Positions 1 through 9,263 of a stretch of DNA of 24,506 nt are shown piece by piece (the stretch's first letter is position 1; every line of letters starts with the position of its first letter). A program made the translations under genes and the position numbers. This DNA is from a virus (taxonomy: Duplodnaviria > Caudoviricetes). The notes below the pieces were generated by a model, which saw only the letters and a list, made by a program, of their open reading frames with translations, was not told the DNA's origin and made no database searches. The stretch spans positions 1-24,506 of the IMG/VR virus record IMGVR_UViG_3300008255_000459, one strand, 5' to 3'.

Positions 1-705
1 AATCACTTCGCGACCGAGGAAGGTCGGGATGCGAATCGCCTGGCCATTCACGCTGTCGCTGGTGAAGTCGATCAGGTTGTTCTTCAGCATGCGTGCATAG
101 ACGATGGAATGGACCATCAACATCGTGAGGTCTTCCATGCTGTCGCCCATGGTGGCGGTGCCGTCGATGAACGCTTCAGCACTGAAGTTCGTTACGCCAT
201 CCGCAAAGCTGGCGCCCGAAATGTCGTGCGTCATGTCGTTCTGGACGTGCTCGGAAGCAGCAGGGGCCGCAGCGTTGTCAGCGAACACACCGTTCAGCGT
301 AGCGACGAAGGCAGCCTGCTGACGGCGGGTCCAGTAGTCGGACACACGGTTGGCAATGGCCATCATCGGATCTGCACCAGCAAGGTCAGCAGTCAGGTCC
401 ATCGAGCTCCAAGAGTTGTTCCGCGACAGGCGGACTTGGATCTCGGTAGCAGTGCCGATCTTGTTGGGAGTGCTGGCGGAATCGGGATCGTCGGTGGAGA
501 CGTTGTCAGCGTCGTTGTCCAGATCCTTGAAGGACGGTTCGTTGTAGGTCAGACCGCCGCCTGCCAGAGCAGTGTTCAGGGTCGGATCCAGAGTGATCGC
601 GCCGGAGCGGATCAGACGGGACTTTTCCTGGGTCATCTGTTGGACGTAGGGCGAGAAGATCTCGGGAACAACAACGTCAGAAATGCGAGTAGTGCCGGAA
701 GCCAT
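1..705 (-). CDS. Major capsid protein (N-terminal part; runs off the window edge)
   Basis: Not in the ORF track. ATG at 705 with AGGAGA RBS; open frame MASGTTRISDVVVPEIFSPYVQQMTQEKSRLIRSG...MVHSIVYARMLKNNLI...IPTFLGREVI, typical of siphophage capsid proteins; lies directly after the scaffold gene. Confidence 0.9.
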   Translation of the reverse strand, partial: MASGTTRISDVVVPEIFSPYVQQMTQEKSRLIRSGAITLDPTLNTALAGGGLTYNEPSFKDLDNDADNVSTDDPDSASTPNKIGTATEIQVRLSRNNSWSSMDLTADLAGADPMMAIANRVSDYWTRRQQAAFVATLNGVFADNAAAPAASEHVQNDMTHDISGASFADGVTNFSAEAFIDGTATMGDSMEDLTMLMVHSIVYARMLKNNLIDFTSDSVNGQAIRIPTFLGREVI

Positions 706-811
706 GTTGGTTCTCCTAAAAGGTTAATTGGCTCAAGTGTGCTAGACCCGAAGCCTTGGCCCCATGGCTGGCATTCGATCGGTGGATATGGCTCATGCCA
801 CATTGATCGCA

Positions 812-840
812 AATGTAGCATGAGCCTGTCGAGTCTGCAA
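812..840 (-). promoter_or_regulatory. Sigma70-like promoter for the capsid gene
   Basis: Minus strand TTGCAG-N17-TACATT with an extended TG; overlaps a 15-bp inverted repeat at 790-826. Confidence 0.6.
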
Positions 841-853
841 GCACAGAGTTTGA

Positions 854-1669
854 TTATTTGCGGGCCTGCGGACGGGGGCCGCCAATACTGGTGCCCGCAC
901 TCTTGGCAAGCTGTTCGGCGCGGGAGCGGTTCTCCTTCAGGATCCGACCCTGCTCCGTCATGTTCCAGCCTTCAGCGCTCCACGGATTGCCACCAGTGCC
1001 AGCGCCGCTGCGATTGCCACCAGCGCCACCGCCTTGCGACGGACCCCACCAGTGCGCCTTCTTGGCTTGCATTTCGCTGAGCCAGACAGACGCTTCAATG
1101 CCAGGAGTCACGCCCACACCGTCGCGGGTAGTGACGCGACCGTCTTCGCCCACTTCCAGCATGCGCTCAGCATACAGAAGCGCGTCTTCCACTGCGCTGG
1201 ATTGGAAGCCCTGGGCCTTGCCCACAGCGTCACGCACAGCGTCATGGATTGTGCGGACTTTTTCCTTGGTCTGGTATTGCTCCAGCACACCGGAAAGTTC
1301 CTGCACACGCTGCGCCAGCTGGCCTTTTTCGCGCTCGACAGGCGCCAGCTTGGTCTTGATACGACCTTCGACCAACTCGTTGAGCTTGGTCTCGTCCAGC
1401 TTACCTGCGGCAGCAGCTTCCAGCTCGGGAACACGATCAAGGATCTGGAGTACGTCCTCGATCTTGCGATCACCCAGGAGACCGAGGCGCTCGCGGACGG
1501 TCTTGTGGTCATTGCGTTCCTTGGTGAGCGCACCTTGCAGACGATCGACATCCGTCTGCGTTTTCATCCCTTCCACCTGGAGTTCGAACTTGCCGTTCTT
1601 CTCCACATATTCCTTCTTCACCTCTTCGGGAAGGTCGTCGATTGAATCCAAAATCGCTTTGAGAGCCAT
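854..1669 (-). CDS. Capsid scaffold protein
   Basis: MALKAILDSIDDLPEEVKKEYVEKNGKFELQVEG start, coiled-coil body, Gly-rich tail with NPW; sits between head morphogenesis and capsid genes. Confidence 0.85.
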   Translation of the reverse strand: MALKAILDSIDDLPEEVKKEYVEKNGKFELQVEGMKTQTDVDRLQGALTKERNDHKTVRERLGLLGDRKIEDVLQILDRVPELEAAAAGKLDETKLNELVEGRIKTKLAPVEREKGQLAQRVQELSGVLEQYQTKEKVRTIHDAVRDAVGKAQGFQSSAVEDALLYAERMLEVGEDGRVTTRDGVGVTPGIEASVWLSEMQAKKAHWWGPSQGGGAGGNRSGAGTGGNPWSAEGWNMTEQGRILKENRSRAEQLAKSAGTSIGGPRPQARK

Positions 1670-1726
1670 GCTCCATCTCCTAGTAAATGCCGCGCATGCG
1701 GCGGATTGATGACCACACCATTGTGA

Positions 1727-2926
1727 TCAATACTTGCTCGGGTCCAGCCCAGCGGCACGGAATGCGTCTGCGTGCTTCTGTGCAAGTTCCCGAAGTGTTA
1801 ATTCGTCTCCGCTACGATGAACGAACTTGTCTAACGTCAGTCCGCCTTCTCGGAACAGCTTGCCCTTCGTAACTCCCATCACTTCGTCTTGGAACGCCTT
1901 GGTCTGCCCCTTCAGCCACTCCTGATAATTGGTGCTGGCTGGGATCGGTCCGACAAGTTCTCGGATCCGACCGCGAGACCATTTATCAAAGTCGCCTTTC
2001 GTACCTCGGGGCAAATCGTCGCGCGAACCAATATCGCCCAGCCCGTTCTTCTCAGCATATTCTCGAACAAGCATTTTCTGAGTCGTGGGCTTGGCAGGAC
2101 GATCACCCGCGAGCGTACCATCAATCGCCGCAATACGCAAGGACCGGCATTGGAAATGAAGAGGAGGGCGAGGCCCCTTTCCAATCTCAAAAGTCTTGCC
2201 GTCCAGACTTCGGCAGATCGGTGTCGTGCGGGAGTCCAACGTCGCGACGAATTGTTCAGCAGTAATGATGTCCGCATTGTCTGCGAAGTAAGTGTCACGC
2301 GCGCTGTTCGCTACATGCTGCACAGCAGTTCGGGTGATTGCCTGAACCTGCCTGCGCGTGATCTCCGTGACGCCGTCCGCACCCTTGAGCGTACCTGTAC
2401 CGACCACACGTCTCGCGATGGTTGCCATGTCTTCGCCTGCAACCATGCCAGCCTGGATAGCGCTGTGAATACGACGAACGTCGTCCGCGGCCATGGTGTC
2501 AGCCCATTCCTTGAGGATACGCCCTTCGAAGGGGCGTGACAGCGCAATCGCTTTCAGCATGCCCGCAGTGGGCATCACGGTCTCGACTGCTACAGGCAGA
2601 ACTGTCTTAAAGATACCGTCAAGCTGAATCGGCTCCTGGTATGACAGCTGAACCATCTCCTCGGTGAGAAACTTCGTCGCCTCGTCCCAGGACTCCATTC
2701 GGATCGCTTTGAGCGTAGCGTGCAACGATTCGAGGCGCTGCCACTCTGTTGGCGTGCTGAGCCCTTGCAAGGTGCGCAGCTTGTCCCGAATGCGACGAGC
2801 GAGCTCATCCTCACTTGCGTTCAGAATAGTGGTCATGCGATTGCGCACATAGCCACTATATCGCAAGAGGTAGATCTGATGACGCACTAGCGCGTCGAGC
2901 AGCTCCTCGTTCGTTGTCTTGGCCAT
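1727..2926 (-). CDS. Head morphogenesis protein (SPP1 gp7 / Mu gpF family)
   Basis: FVATLDSRTTPICRSLDG and PPLHFQCRS motifs; follows the portal gene. Confidence 0.9.
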   Translation of the reverse strand: MAKTTNEELLDALVRHQIYLLRYSGYVRNRMTTILNASEDELARRIRDKLRTLQGLSTPTEWQRLESLHATLKAIRMESWDEATKFLTEEMVQLSYQEPIQLDGIFKTVLPVAVETVMPTAGMLKAIALSRPFEGRILKEWADTMAADDVRRIHSAIQAGMVAGEDMATIARRVVGTGTLKGADGVTEITRRQVQAITRTAVQHVANSARDTYFADNADIITAEQFVATLDSRTTPICRSLDGKTFEIGKGPRPPLHFQCRSLRIAAIDGTLAGDRPAKPTTQKMLVREYAEKNGLGDIGSRDDLPRGTKGDFDKWSRGRIRELVGPIPASTNYQEWLKGQTKAFQDEVMGVTKGKLFREGGLTLDKFVHRSGDELTLRELAQKHADAFRAAGLDPSKY

Positions 2927-2929
2927 GGG

Positions 2930-4465
2930 TTATGCTCCCGCCCCTTGCATGCCGCCCTGTTGCCCTTGCTGCTGCCCCCGCATGCCAGGCTCCATAGCAG
3001 GGTCGCCCCCTGCACCAGTGCCGCCACCTGACGGTGCATTGGCGTCTTCCTCGCCAATCTCGTCCATCTCGGTGTCGAAGTCCAGTTTCGTCACACCACG
3101 ATCCACAAGCATCGCGTGAATGGACTTCTTGGACAGTGGAGCGCCCATGGTACGAGCCGTCATGAAATCGACCAGATCTTTGCCCGACATTTCGAAGTCG
3201 GCAAATTCCAGGTTCGGGGTGACCTTCACTTCTTCGGGGTTGGCACCCATCCATTCGGCACAAGTCTTCAGAATGTATTCCAGCGCAGAGGCGCCAGTAG
3301 AAGCAATCTGATTCAGCGTCGCAGTCTGTGCGCCAATGCGAGTCTGCAATGCAGCGCCGGACTCTGCATTGCTTCCACCTGCATTGATCAGCTGACCTGC
3401 ACGGGTTTCAGCACGCTTGCGGTCGCTCTCAAGTGCTTGACGTTGTTCGGAAAGGCCTTGGGAATTGACGCCGATGTATTTCGCGTCGCCACCCTGCTCA
3501 ACCTCAATCATGCTGCCCGCACCAGTGCGAAGGGGCGCGCCCTCGCTTTCCGTCGCGTCGGTTTTCTTTACACCGCCAACGACGACAAGGGTGTCCTGAC
3601 CTTGCATGAACAGGTTCTGGCGATAGTCCGCCTCCCCCCGATACACGGCAAGCGCCAGTCTGCCCAGACCAAGCAAAGGAGGTTCGTCGGGTGAGCTGAC
3701 AATGTCTTTCGAATTGACGAACACAAACGGAATCTTGTCCAGCACTGCGCCGCGCAGTTGCGGGAGCTGCATAGCTTCTTCCGTGTAGCTGGCGGACTGA
3801 CCTTCGTTGTTCGTGAAAACACCTTGCTGATAGACCGATGCGCCTTCAGCTTCGTTCGCATCTTTGGTGCCGAATTGCAAGACGCGATATTTCGTCTGCG
3901 ACACCCATTCGAAGTCTGTTCCACGGCGGAACCCGCTCTCGTCAAGAACTACAAGATTGAGTCTCGCTTCCCCTTCGTCGGATTCTGCGTCGTCCCAATT
4001 CCGAATGGACTCGGCGACGTACATAGCGACATAAGGCATCGGGTTCGTCGGGTCAGGATTGACAGGTAAGTCAAGCAACAGGCCAAGACGCCCCGTGACA
4101 AGCTGCTCCTCATTGACGCGACGCAACAGCAGCTCCAAAGGCTCACCGTAGGCAGTGGCCTTCGTGCGGAGCGGTTCGAGTGCTGTGGGTAGCTCGATCG
4201 TAGGCGACTTCTGCCACATCAGGCCGATGTAGGCTTCCACACCTTCCTTGACATAGTCCGGGAACACCGCGCGGAGCTTATAGGCGTCATAGGCTTCCTG
4301 CCCAGGCTTGCCCGCCCCCATGCCATCTAGTCGCATGCCTTTGGTCGGCGGAAGGTACGTCTCACCCTTCAATTTCACCGCGCGCTCACCTTTATAGAGG
4401 TCGCGCATGGTGACCCAATCGTCTTTGAATTCCGAATACTTCGGATGAACTGAATCAAGTGCCAT
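2930..4465 (-). CDS. Portal protein (DUF4055-like)
   Basis: 511 aa downstream of terL; YLP...YDAYKLRAVF, GRLGLLLD, IPFVF...PPLLGL and AESGAA motifs; GGAGG RBS. Confidence 0.88.
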   Translation of the reverse strand: MALDSVHPKYSEFKDDWVTMRDLYKGERAVKLKGETYLPPTKGMRLDGMGAGKPGQEAYDAYKLRAVFPDYVKEGVEAYIGLMWQKSPTIELPTALEPLRTKATAYGEPLELLLRRVNEEQLVTGRLGLLLDLPVNPDPTNPMPYVAMYVAESIRNWDDAESDEGEARLNLVVLDESGFRRGTDFEWVSQTKYRVLQFGTKDANEAEGASVYQQGVFTNNEGQSASYTEEAMQLPQLRGAVLDKIPFVFVNSKDIVSSPDEPPLLGLGRLALAVYRGEADYRQNLFMQGQDTLVVVGGVKKTDATESEGAPLRTGAGSMIEVEQGGDAKYIGVNSQGLSEQRQALESDRKRAETRAGQLINAGGSNAESGAALQTRIGAQTATLNQIASTGASALEYILKTCAEWMGANPEEVKVTPNLEFADFEMSGKDLVDFMTARTMGAPLSKKSIHAMLVDRGVTKLDFDTEMDEIGEEDANAPSGGGTGAGGDPAMEPGMRGQQQGQQGGMQGAGA

Positions 4466-4477
4466 TTTGCGCCTCCG

Positions 4478-5040
4478 TCAATAGTTGCCTGTAACTGTAA
4501 CAGATCCGCGCTTGCTCAACAAGGTCGCACGAATCTTCGCTTTCGTTTCTTCGCTCCTGGGTTTGCCTCGCTTTGTTGCAGCGATTTTCTCACCCGTACC
4601 TTCTGGGCGCTTCTGCCCTTTGTGCGTAGCACCGATCTTGGCTTTAGTCTCTTCCGTGTGAGCGTGCCCGATATGCACATCCACCATATGAGCACGGTAT
4701 TCAGGATCCTGCCAAAGTTCTTTCTGTGCTGAACCAGTCTTCCTCAGAGCTTCCTCGGTGTGTTTGTAACCTGTAGGGCCCTGACCGCCCAATGTGAGGT
4801 TGGCTTTAGGCGACCATTCTCTGATCAAGCGCTCTCATAGGAGAGTGCATCTTGCTCGGAAAGCCTTTCGTTCAGAATCTTCACTGATACAAATCTGCCC
4901 TCACGCTCTTCCTGCGCAACAATATTGGTCCAATACTCGTTTCTACGGCTGCGCTCACGATACCTGTCTCCGGTTCCTTTGCCCACATAAAAGCAAGTCC
5001 CGTCGCACAAATACCAGCCATAGACATAAAATCGATTCAT
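4478..5040 (-). pseudogene. GIY-YIG/NUMOD3 homing endonuclease split by a 1-nt frameshift
   Basis: 4825-5040 encodes FYVYGW...FYVGKG...YESA*; 4478-4828 encodes (L)IREWSPKANLTLGGQG plus NUMOD3 repeats (HTEETKAKIG, RSEETKAKIR). Adding one base at about 4828 gives the continuous ESALIREW. Confidence 0.8.
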
Positions 5041-6362
5041 TAGAACATCCCCGTCGTCGAACCGGACTTCGTTTCAATACGTCCCATGGGCCACAGAAAA
5101 TCAATAAAATACCCGATCGCGGTCGTAATGTGTTGATACTGATTCTTTTGATCCTCTTGGAAAGAGGAACCCGTCTGAAGCTGCACAGTGCTGAGACCCT
5201 TGTGGCACCACACGGCAGTCTGTGGATTCACACGAAGTCGGACATCGCCTTTTGCATTCTTGATCATTGCTCGAACAGCGTTCTGGCGATCTTTGATAGC
5301 TGGGTGCGCAGGGCGCACACGCCGCTCGAACTTCCAGCCATTCAACCGAAGCACATCTTCGATCTCAGTGTAATCCGATTTGTGACCGTGCTTCTCGCCT
5401 GCACGACCTGCCGGGTCACCGTAGATATAGACAGTCTTGTTCTTGTGTTCTTTGTACTTCTCGACGAACTCAATTGCAGACTGACGACTGACAGCGCTTT
5501 CCAGAACGATCTCGTCCAGGAAGAACGGTACTCCCTCACGGATGACCACAATAGCCGAGCTCAGCGGCGTGAAGTTCTGGTCGTGCGTCCAGTGCAGCGC
5601 TTCGTGAGGGTAGATCCGCTCCTGGGTGAAGTTGTCGCTAGAGTAGTCTTCATAGATACGACCGCTGGCAGTTTCGAAGCTCGCTCGATATTCTTGATTG
5701 TACTGCTTCCGCGACATGGTACGCTTCGCAGCCTCAATCACGTCGGGCGGTAGAATCTCTTCTGACGTCCAATGGAACAGCGCGTAGTCCTGGTCGTTGG
5801 CGGTGCGTGCATATTCTGCCATGTCGTAATAATGATTCAGACCGTCAGGCACACCAATGAACCAGCACCAGGCGCGATAATAGGGTCGCGTCGGATTCAC
5901 GGTGTTGAGCGCGGGCATAATGTTGGCCTGGAGGGATTCACCCTTCACGTCCGCAATCTCGTCAATTACACCGCCCGTCCAGTTAATACCCTCAATCCGC
6001 TGTGGCTGGTCCAGCCCGATGATGTGGATCTCCGTTCCGTTCGGCAGGTATATCTTGAGTTCGGATTCGCTGGGCTTGTGTGGGTGCATGCAACTGAGCG
6101 TCAGTTGCTTCATATCGTCCCACCAGATCTTCTTGGCCTGATTGTAAGTAGGTGCGGCCGCGAAATACTTTTCGCCTGGATACCACATCGCCTGACGTGC
6201 CAGGAATCGCTTCGCGCGTTCCGTCTTGCCACTTCGACGCCCAGCGGGCACAATAGGGAACCGAACTCCATCTTCAACAGCCCGAAGCAGGGCAAGCTGA
6301 ACAGGATGATCCTTCAGTGCATACCATCGCGCCATCTGTCGGTCTAGAAGAATCTTGCTCAT
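5040..6362 (-). CDS. terL: Terminase large subunit
   Basis: Walker A AGRRSGKT, Walker B GVIDE, YNQEYRASF, C-terminal RNase H-like nuclease (HDQNF, YGDPAG). Confidence 0.95.
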   Translation of the reverse strand: MSKILLDRQMARWYALKDHPVQLALLRAVEDGVRFPIVPAGRRSGKTERAKRFLARQAMWYPGEKYFAAAPTYNQAKKIWWDDMKQLTLSCMHPHKPSESELKIYLPNGTEIHIIGLDQPQRIEGINWTGGVIDEIADVKGESLQANIMPALNTVNPTRPYYRAWCWFIGVPDGLNHYYDMAEYARTANDQDYALFHWTSEEILPPDVIEAAKRTMSRKQYNQEYRASFETASGRIYEDYSSDNFTQERIYPHEALHWTHDQNFTPLSSAIVVIREGVPFFLDEIVLESAVSRQSAIEFVEKYKEHKNKTVYIYGDPAGRAGEKHGHKSDYTEIEDVLRLNGWKFERRVRPAHPAIKDRQNAVRAMIKNAKGDVRLRVNPQTAVWCHKGLSTVQLQTGSSFQEDQKNQYQHITTAIGYFIDFLWPMGRIETKSGSTTGMF

Positions 6363-6805
6363 ACGGGCGCCTTCGCTGCAAAGTCACGGAAGGCATCAAT
6401 GAGTGCCTGCTCACCTTCTTCACCGCCTTCAGGACGGTCAAGGCCGAGTATGGTTGCCAGCTTTGCGGCAGCTTGCACCCGCGACGCATACGGGCCATTC
6501 TGGGCAGCTTGGCGGAGTACGCTCAACACCAGCGCCTTGTCTTGTCTTGCTTGTGCGTCTTCGTTCTCGGGAGTGGCACGTTGAAGGTCAGCGATCTTGC
6601 GCTGCACATACGCCTCAGACATGAATCGCTTCGCGTACTCAACAGCAAAGGCAGCCTGAAACCCCACACGGAGGCAAGCCTGGAAAGGATCGAAATCCTT
6701 TATATACTCCTGAACGAATAGATCACGAAGGGCCTTTTCCTGTTCGGACAACTCGGCCTCCATGAGGCGAGGATCCAAATATAGACCCGATGCGTTCTCA
6801 GCCAT
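6359..6805 (-). CDS. terS: Terminase small subunit
   Basis: LFVQEYIKDFDPFQACLRVGF HTH-like N-terminus; overlaps the terL start. Confidence 0.8.
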   Translation of the reverse strand: MAENASGLYLDPRLMEAELSEQEKALRDLFVQEYIKDFDPFQACLRVGFQAAFAVEYAKRFMSEAYVQRKIADLQRATPENEDAQARQDKALVLSVLRQAAQNGPYASRVQAAAKLATILGLDRPEGGEEGEQALIDAFRDFAAKAPV

Positions 6806-6858
6806 GTGGGAACTCCAATCGGATAGTTAAGAGCAGATCACCTGCTCAATTTGATCGG

Positions 6859-6888
6859 AGTATAACGGTGAGCGCGATAGTTCTGCAA
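6859..6888 (-). promoter_or_regulatory. Sigma70-like promoter for the packaging operon
   Basis: TTGCAG-N18-TATACT in the intergenic gap upstream of terS. Confidence 0.5.
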
Positions 6889-6909
6889 CCAGAATGTCGT
6901 GGTTTGATT

Positions 6910-7419
6910 TTAAGGCTTGCCGGCCTTTTGTCCGGTAGCCCACAGGTGACAAGTCATTGCGTATTCGGCAACTCGGTCGGCTTCTGCGGCGAATTCAAGA
7001 AGAAATTCCGAAGCCTGATCTGAAAGTCTGCCTTCGGTGGAGGCACTTGAATTGACACCGGAGGCGTCGGAGGTTCCTGGCGCGGGGCAACTACCACTCG
7101 GCCGACGTCCTGGGTCGCGCAGCCCGCCAAGCTCGCGAGCAAGACGACGATTGTCAGCAAGAGTGGTGTCGATACGTTTTTGTGAGTCTGCATGCTGTTT
7201 CTCCAATTGGTCTTTGAACTTGTTGGCAGCACGTTCAGCCGCCAACACCTTATCGGTTTCAGCCTGCAGAACATTGGCTGCTTCGACTTTCTGGTCGGAG
7301 ATCGCTTTGCCCCACTTGCTGTCCTTGTATTCAGCCGTGAAGTACCATGCAGGCAGCGCACCGATGACCACACCAGCCAGGCAAGCGATCGCGGCGGTGC
7401 GGAGGTCAGGGAGCAGCAT
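6910..7419 (-). CDS. Rz: i-spanin
   Basis: N-terminal transmembrane segment, coiled coil, GLRDPG...C and a C-terminal Cys; located in the lysis cassette. Confidence 0.85.
   Translation of the reverse strand: MLLPDLRTAAIACLAGVVIGALPAWYFTAEYKDSKWGKAISDQKVEAANVLQAETDKVLAAERAANKFKDQLEKQHADSQKRIDTTLADNRRLARELGGLRDPGRRPSGSCPAPGTSDASGVNSSASTEGRLSDQASEFLLEFAAEADRVAEYAMTCHLWATGQKAGKP
6954..7193 (-). CDS. Rz1: o-spanin lipoprotein fully embedded in Rz
   Basis: ATG 7193 with GGAGA RBS; MQTHKNVSTPLLLTIVVLLASLAGC lipobox followed by a Pro-rich mature region; 79 aa in an alternative frame of Rz. Confidence 0.85.
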   Translation of the reverse strand: MQTHKNVSTPLLLTIVVLLASLAGCATQDVGRVVVAPRQEPPTPPVSIQVPPPKADFQIRLRNFFLNSPQKPTELPNTQ

Positions 7420-7615
7420 TGTCGGAACTCCGTTGCTTGATCACGCGAGCGATGATGATCGCGACGGCAATCCACTTCACCCAGCCCTCGGGCAGATAGG
7501 TCTGCACGGCGGGAAGGTATTCGTAGGCGATGTCCAGCAACACGAGCAGCGCTGCCAGTTGGACGGTGAAGAACTTGTAGGCCTTCTGCCATTCTTCAAT
7601 GAGCTTGACTTTCAT
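7406..7615 (-). CDS. Holin
   Basis: 69 aa, two hydrophobic segments, MKVKLIEEWQKAYKFFTVQL start, between endolysin and Rz. Confidence 0.7.
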   Translation of the reverse strand: MKVKLIEEWQKAYKFFTVQLAALLVLLDIAYEYLPAVQTYLPEGWVKWIAVAIIIARVIKQRSSDNAAP

Positions 7616-8073
7616 GGAAACACCTCCCGGGCCAGTTCGAAGTGAGGCCCATCAATGAACGCTTTCTTGCCCAGGGCTTGCCGACGTGCGACGTAGGCAG
7701 CAACAGCATCGGCAGGGTCACCGATGTCCGCCAGGCGCTTGTCCCACACGCCACCCCACACGATCGGGACGCCCAGTTCCTTGGCTGCCTGCTGCATAGC
7801 TTCGGCCACCTTGTAATAGAGCGGCCAATCCCAGCGGACGGAGCCAGCCAGCATTGCACCAAGATCCACAGCGTGACCCGTCAAGTGTCGTCCGTCCATG
7901 GTCTTGCTGGCACCAGCGGCCACAAGCTGTGCCTGTCGCGCCTTGCTACGCACACCTTCGAGCACCGTGAAGTCGATGCCAGTCAGCTCAATTGCACGCT
8001 TGACAACTTCCACCAGCTTCGGATGGACACCAGACAAACGATCCAGCGACTTCTTGGAGAGCACGAAGGACAT
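7612..8073 (-). CDS. Endolysin, M15-family L-Ala-D-Glu peptidase
   Basis: MSFVLSKKSLDRLSGVHPKL, EGVRS, HLTGHAVDL and DGPHFEL zinc-peptidase motifs; start placed at 8073, coupled to the upstream stop (TGATG). Confidence 0.9.
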   Translation of the reverse strand: MSFVLSKKSLDRLSGVHPKLVEVVKRAIELTGIDFTVLEGVRSKARQAQLVAAGASKTMDGRHLTGHAVDLGAMLAGSVRWDWPLYYKVAEAMQQAAKELGVPIVWGGVWDKRLADIGDPADAVAAYVARRQALGKKAFIDGPHFELAREVFP

Positions 8074-8315
8074 CAGACAATTCCCTTGGATTTGAGCCAC
8101 AAATAAATGCCAAGGGCGCTCGCACCGATAAGGTATAGCGCCTTTGATACAACACTCTTTCCCACTTCCTGATAGACGTGGTTTGTGAGCTTCTCGATGG
8201 CCTTCGCAGCAGCTTTCTCGGCTATCTCTTCAATCTGATCTTCGGACAGAGGTAAGCGTCTCCGCTCATGTTCATCCCAATCGCCCGCGTGAGCGGACTC
8301 CGCTGGTGTGCCCAT
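8073..8315 (-). CDS. Small single-TM lysis-cassette protein (holin/antiholin candidate)
   Basis: 80 aa with a C-terminal TM segment, translationally coupled to the endolysin. Confidence 0.65.
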   Translation of the reverse strand: MGTPAESAHAGDWDEHERRRLPLSEDQIEEIAEKAAAKAIEKLTNHVYQEVGKSVVSKALYLIGASALGIYLWLKSKGIV

Positions 8316-8357
8316 GAAAGCTCCTTGATTTTATTACAAGCTGGATAAAATGCTCGC

Positions 8358-8387
8358 ATAATAACAAAGGCTTGAGCATCGCAACAA
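8358..8387 (-). promoter_or_regulatory. Possible promoter of the lysis cassette
   Basis: TTGTTG-N18-TATTAT with an extended TG in the intergenic gap. Confidence 0.35.
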
Positions 8388-8402
8388 GGGCGATAAAGCA
8401 AA

Positions 8403-8672
8403 TTATCCGAAGATAAGCCACCCGACAGCAGCCACAGCAGCCAGCACGCACAGCGCGATCGCATGCGCGCCAATACCAGCGGGCCAGCGATATTGCGATC
8501 GCGGCCCCTGCTGGCCCTGGTCGGTGCGCTTGCACCGTTGCGGACAGGTGCGCCCCTGATCGCAGGTACCAGAGCAGCAAGTCGTCTCAAGTGCAGCACG
8601 CTCGTCGCGCTTGCGTTGCATCTCTTCTGCAACAATCTTGGCGCCCTCAGGGCTCATTGGGAATCGGTACAT
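8403..8672 (-). CDS. Hypothetical membrane protein with CCxxxCxQGRxCP motif
   Basis: ATG 8672 with AGGAG RBS; Cys cluster and C-terminal TM segment. Confidence 0.7.
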   Translation of the reverse strand: MYRFPMSPEGAKIVAEEMQRKRDERAALETTCCSGTCDQGRTCPQRCKRTDQGQQGPRSQYRWPAGIGAHAIALCVLAAVAAVGWLIFG

Positions 8673-8693
8673 GGGTTCTCCTAGTTGGTCGCA

Positions 8694-8722
8694 AGTATGC
8701 ACGCTCACGTCTGAGCGTGCAA
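8694..8722 (-). promoter_or_regulatory. Sigma70-like promoter overlapped by a 10-bp inverted repeat
   Basis: TTGCAC-N17-CATACT; inverted repeat tgcacgctca-cgtc-tgagcgtgca at 8698-8721. Confidence 0.5.
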
Positions 8723-8734
8723 CAGGGTTGGCGG

Positions 8735-9037
8735 TTATGATTTCTTGACGCCAAAGAAGGTTGACCCGATTCGGATCCGACCGTCGTTAAGCTGCATCAC
8801 GCGACTGTAATAGTCACCGCCCGCACGGATCCAGTCAAAGCCACCATCGAAGTTCTTCTCGGTGCCCTTAACCTCAATGTGGCAGGAAGTGGCCTGGAGC
8901 TTGATGCGGTAGCGACGCGAGCCTTTCGGCTCGCGTGTAGCACGGTCAAAGACCGCGACGTCCTTCTGCAAGTGCCCGAAGCGGTCAAGCTCCCAGCCCA
9001 GGGCAACCATGAACGCAATCAGTTCAGCTTTCGTCAT
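8735..9037 (-). CDS. Hypothetical protein
   Basis: 100 aa; ATGA overlap with the upstream gene. Confidence 0.75.
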   Translation of the reverse strand: MTKAELIAFMVALGWELDRFGHLQKDVAVFDRATREPKGSRRYRIKLQATSCHIEVKGTEKNFDGGFDWIRAGGDYYSRVMQLNDGRIRIGSTFFGVKKS

Positions 9038-9252
9038 TTTGGGTCCTTATGAATGTCTAAGTTTTCGGAATAACCCCAATCGTCAACACGGATGGTCGGG
9101 TCAACAAGCTCAACCCGATAGGAACGAACAGGTGCGACGCGAAGCAGCTTTCCACAGCATTCCGTCACAGACGTCAAAGGCTTTCCATATGCCAAGTTAT
9201 GAAGAACACGATTGGGAAGAATTAATTCGTTTGCGCAATGTGGGCATTTCAT
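9034..9252 (-). CDS. Hypothetical Zn-ribbon protein
   Basis: MKCPHC...ECCGK; AAGGAG RBS before ATG 9252. Confidence 0.7.
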   Translation of the reverse strand: MKCPHCANELILPNRVLHNLAYGKPLTSVTECCGKLLRVAPVRSYRVELVDPTIRVDDWGYSENLDIHKDPK

Positions 9253-9263
9253 CTCTTTCTCCT

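Noticed and set aside
109-1709. Long plus-strand ORFs (109-1080, 858-1709, 1034-1645)
   Set aside because: Antisense shadows of the capsid and scaffold genes, with no motifs. The same applies to 4794-5753, 18248-19393, 21253-22230 and 23801-24478.
1689-1729. Two short hairpins upstream of the scaffold RBS
   Set aside because: Stems are only 5-7 bp in GC-rich DNA with no U tract; not distinguishable from chance.
4466-5042. Group I intron interrupting terL or portal
   Set aside because: terL ends with its nuclease domain and a stop, portal has its own RBS and start, and there is no room for an intron core.
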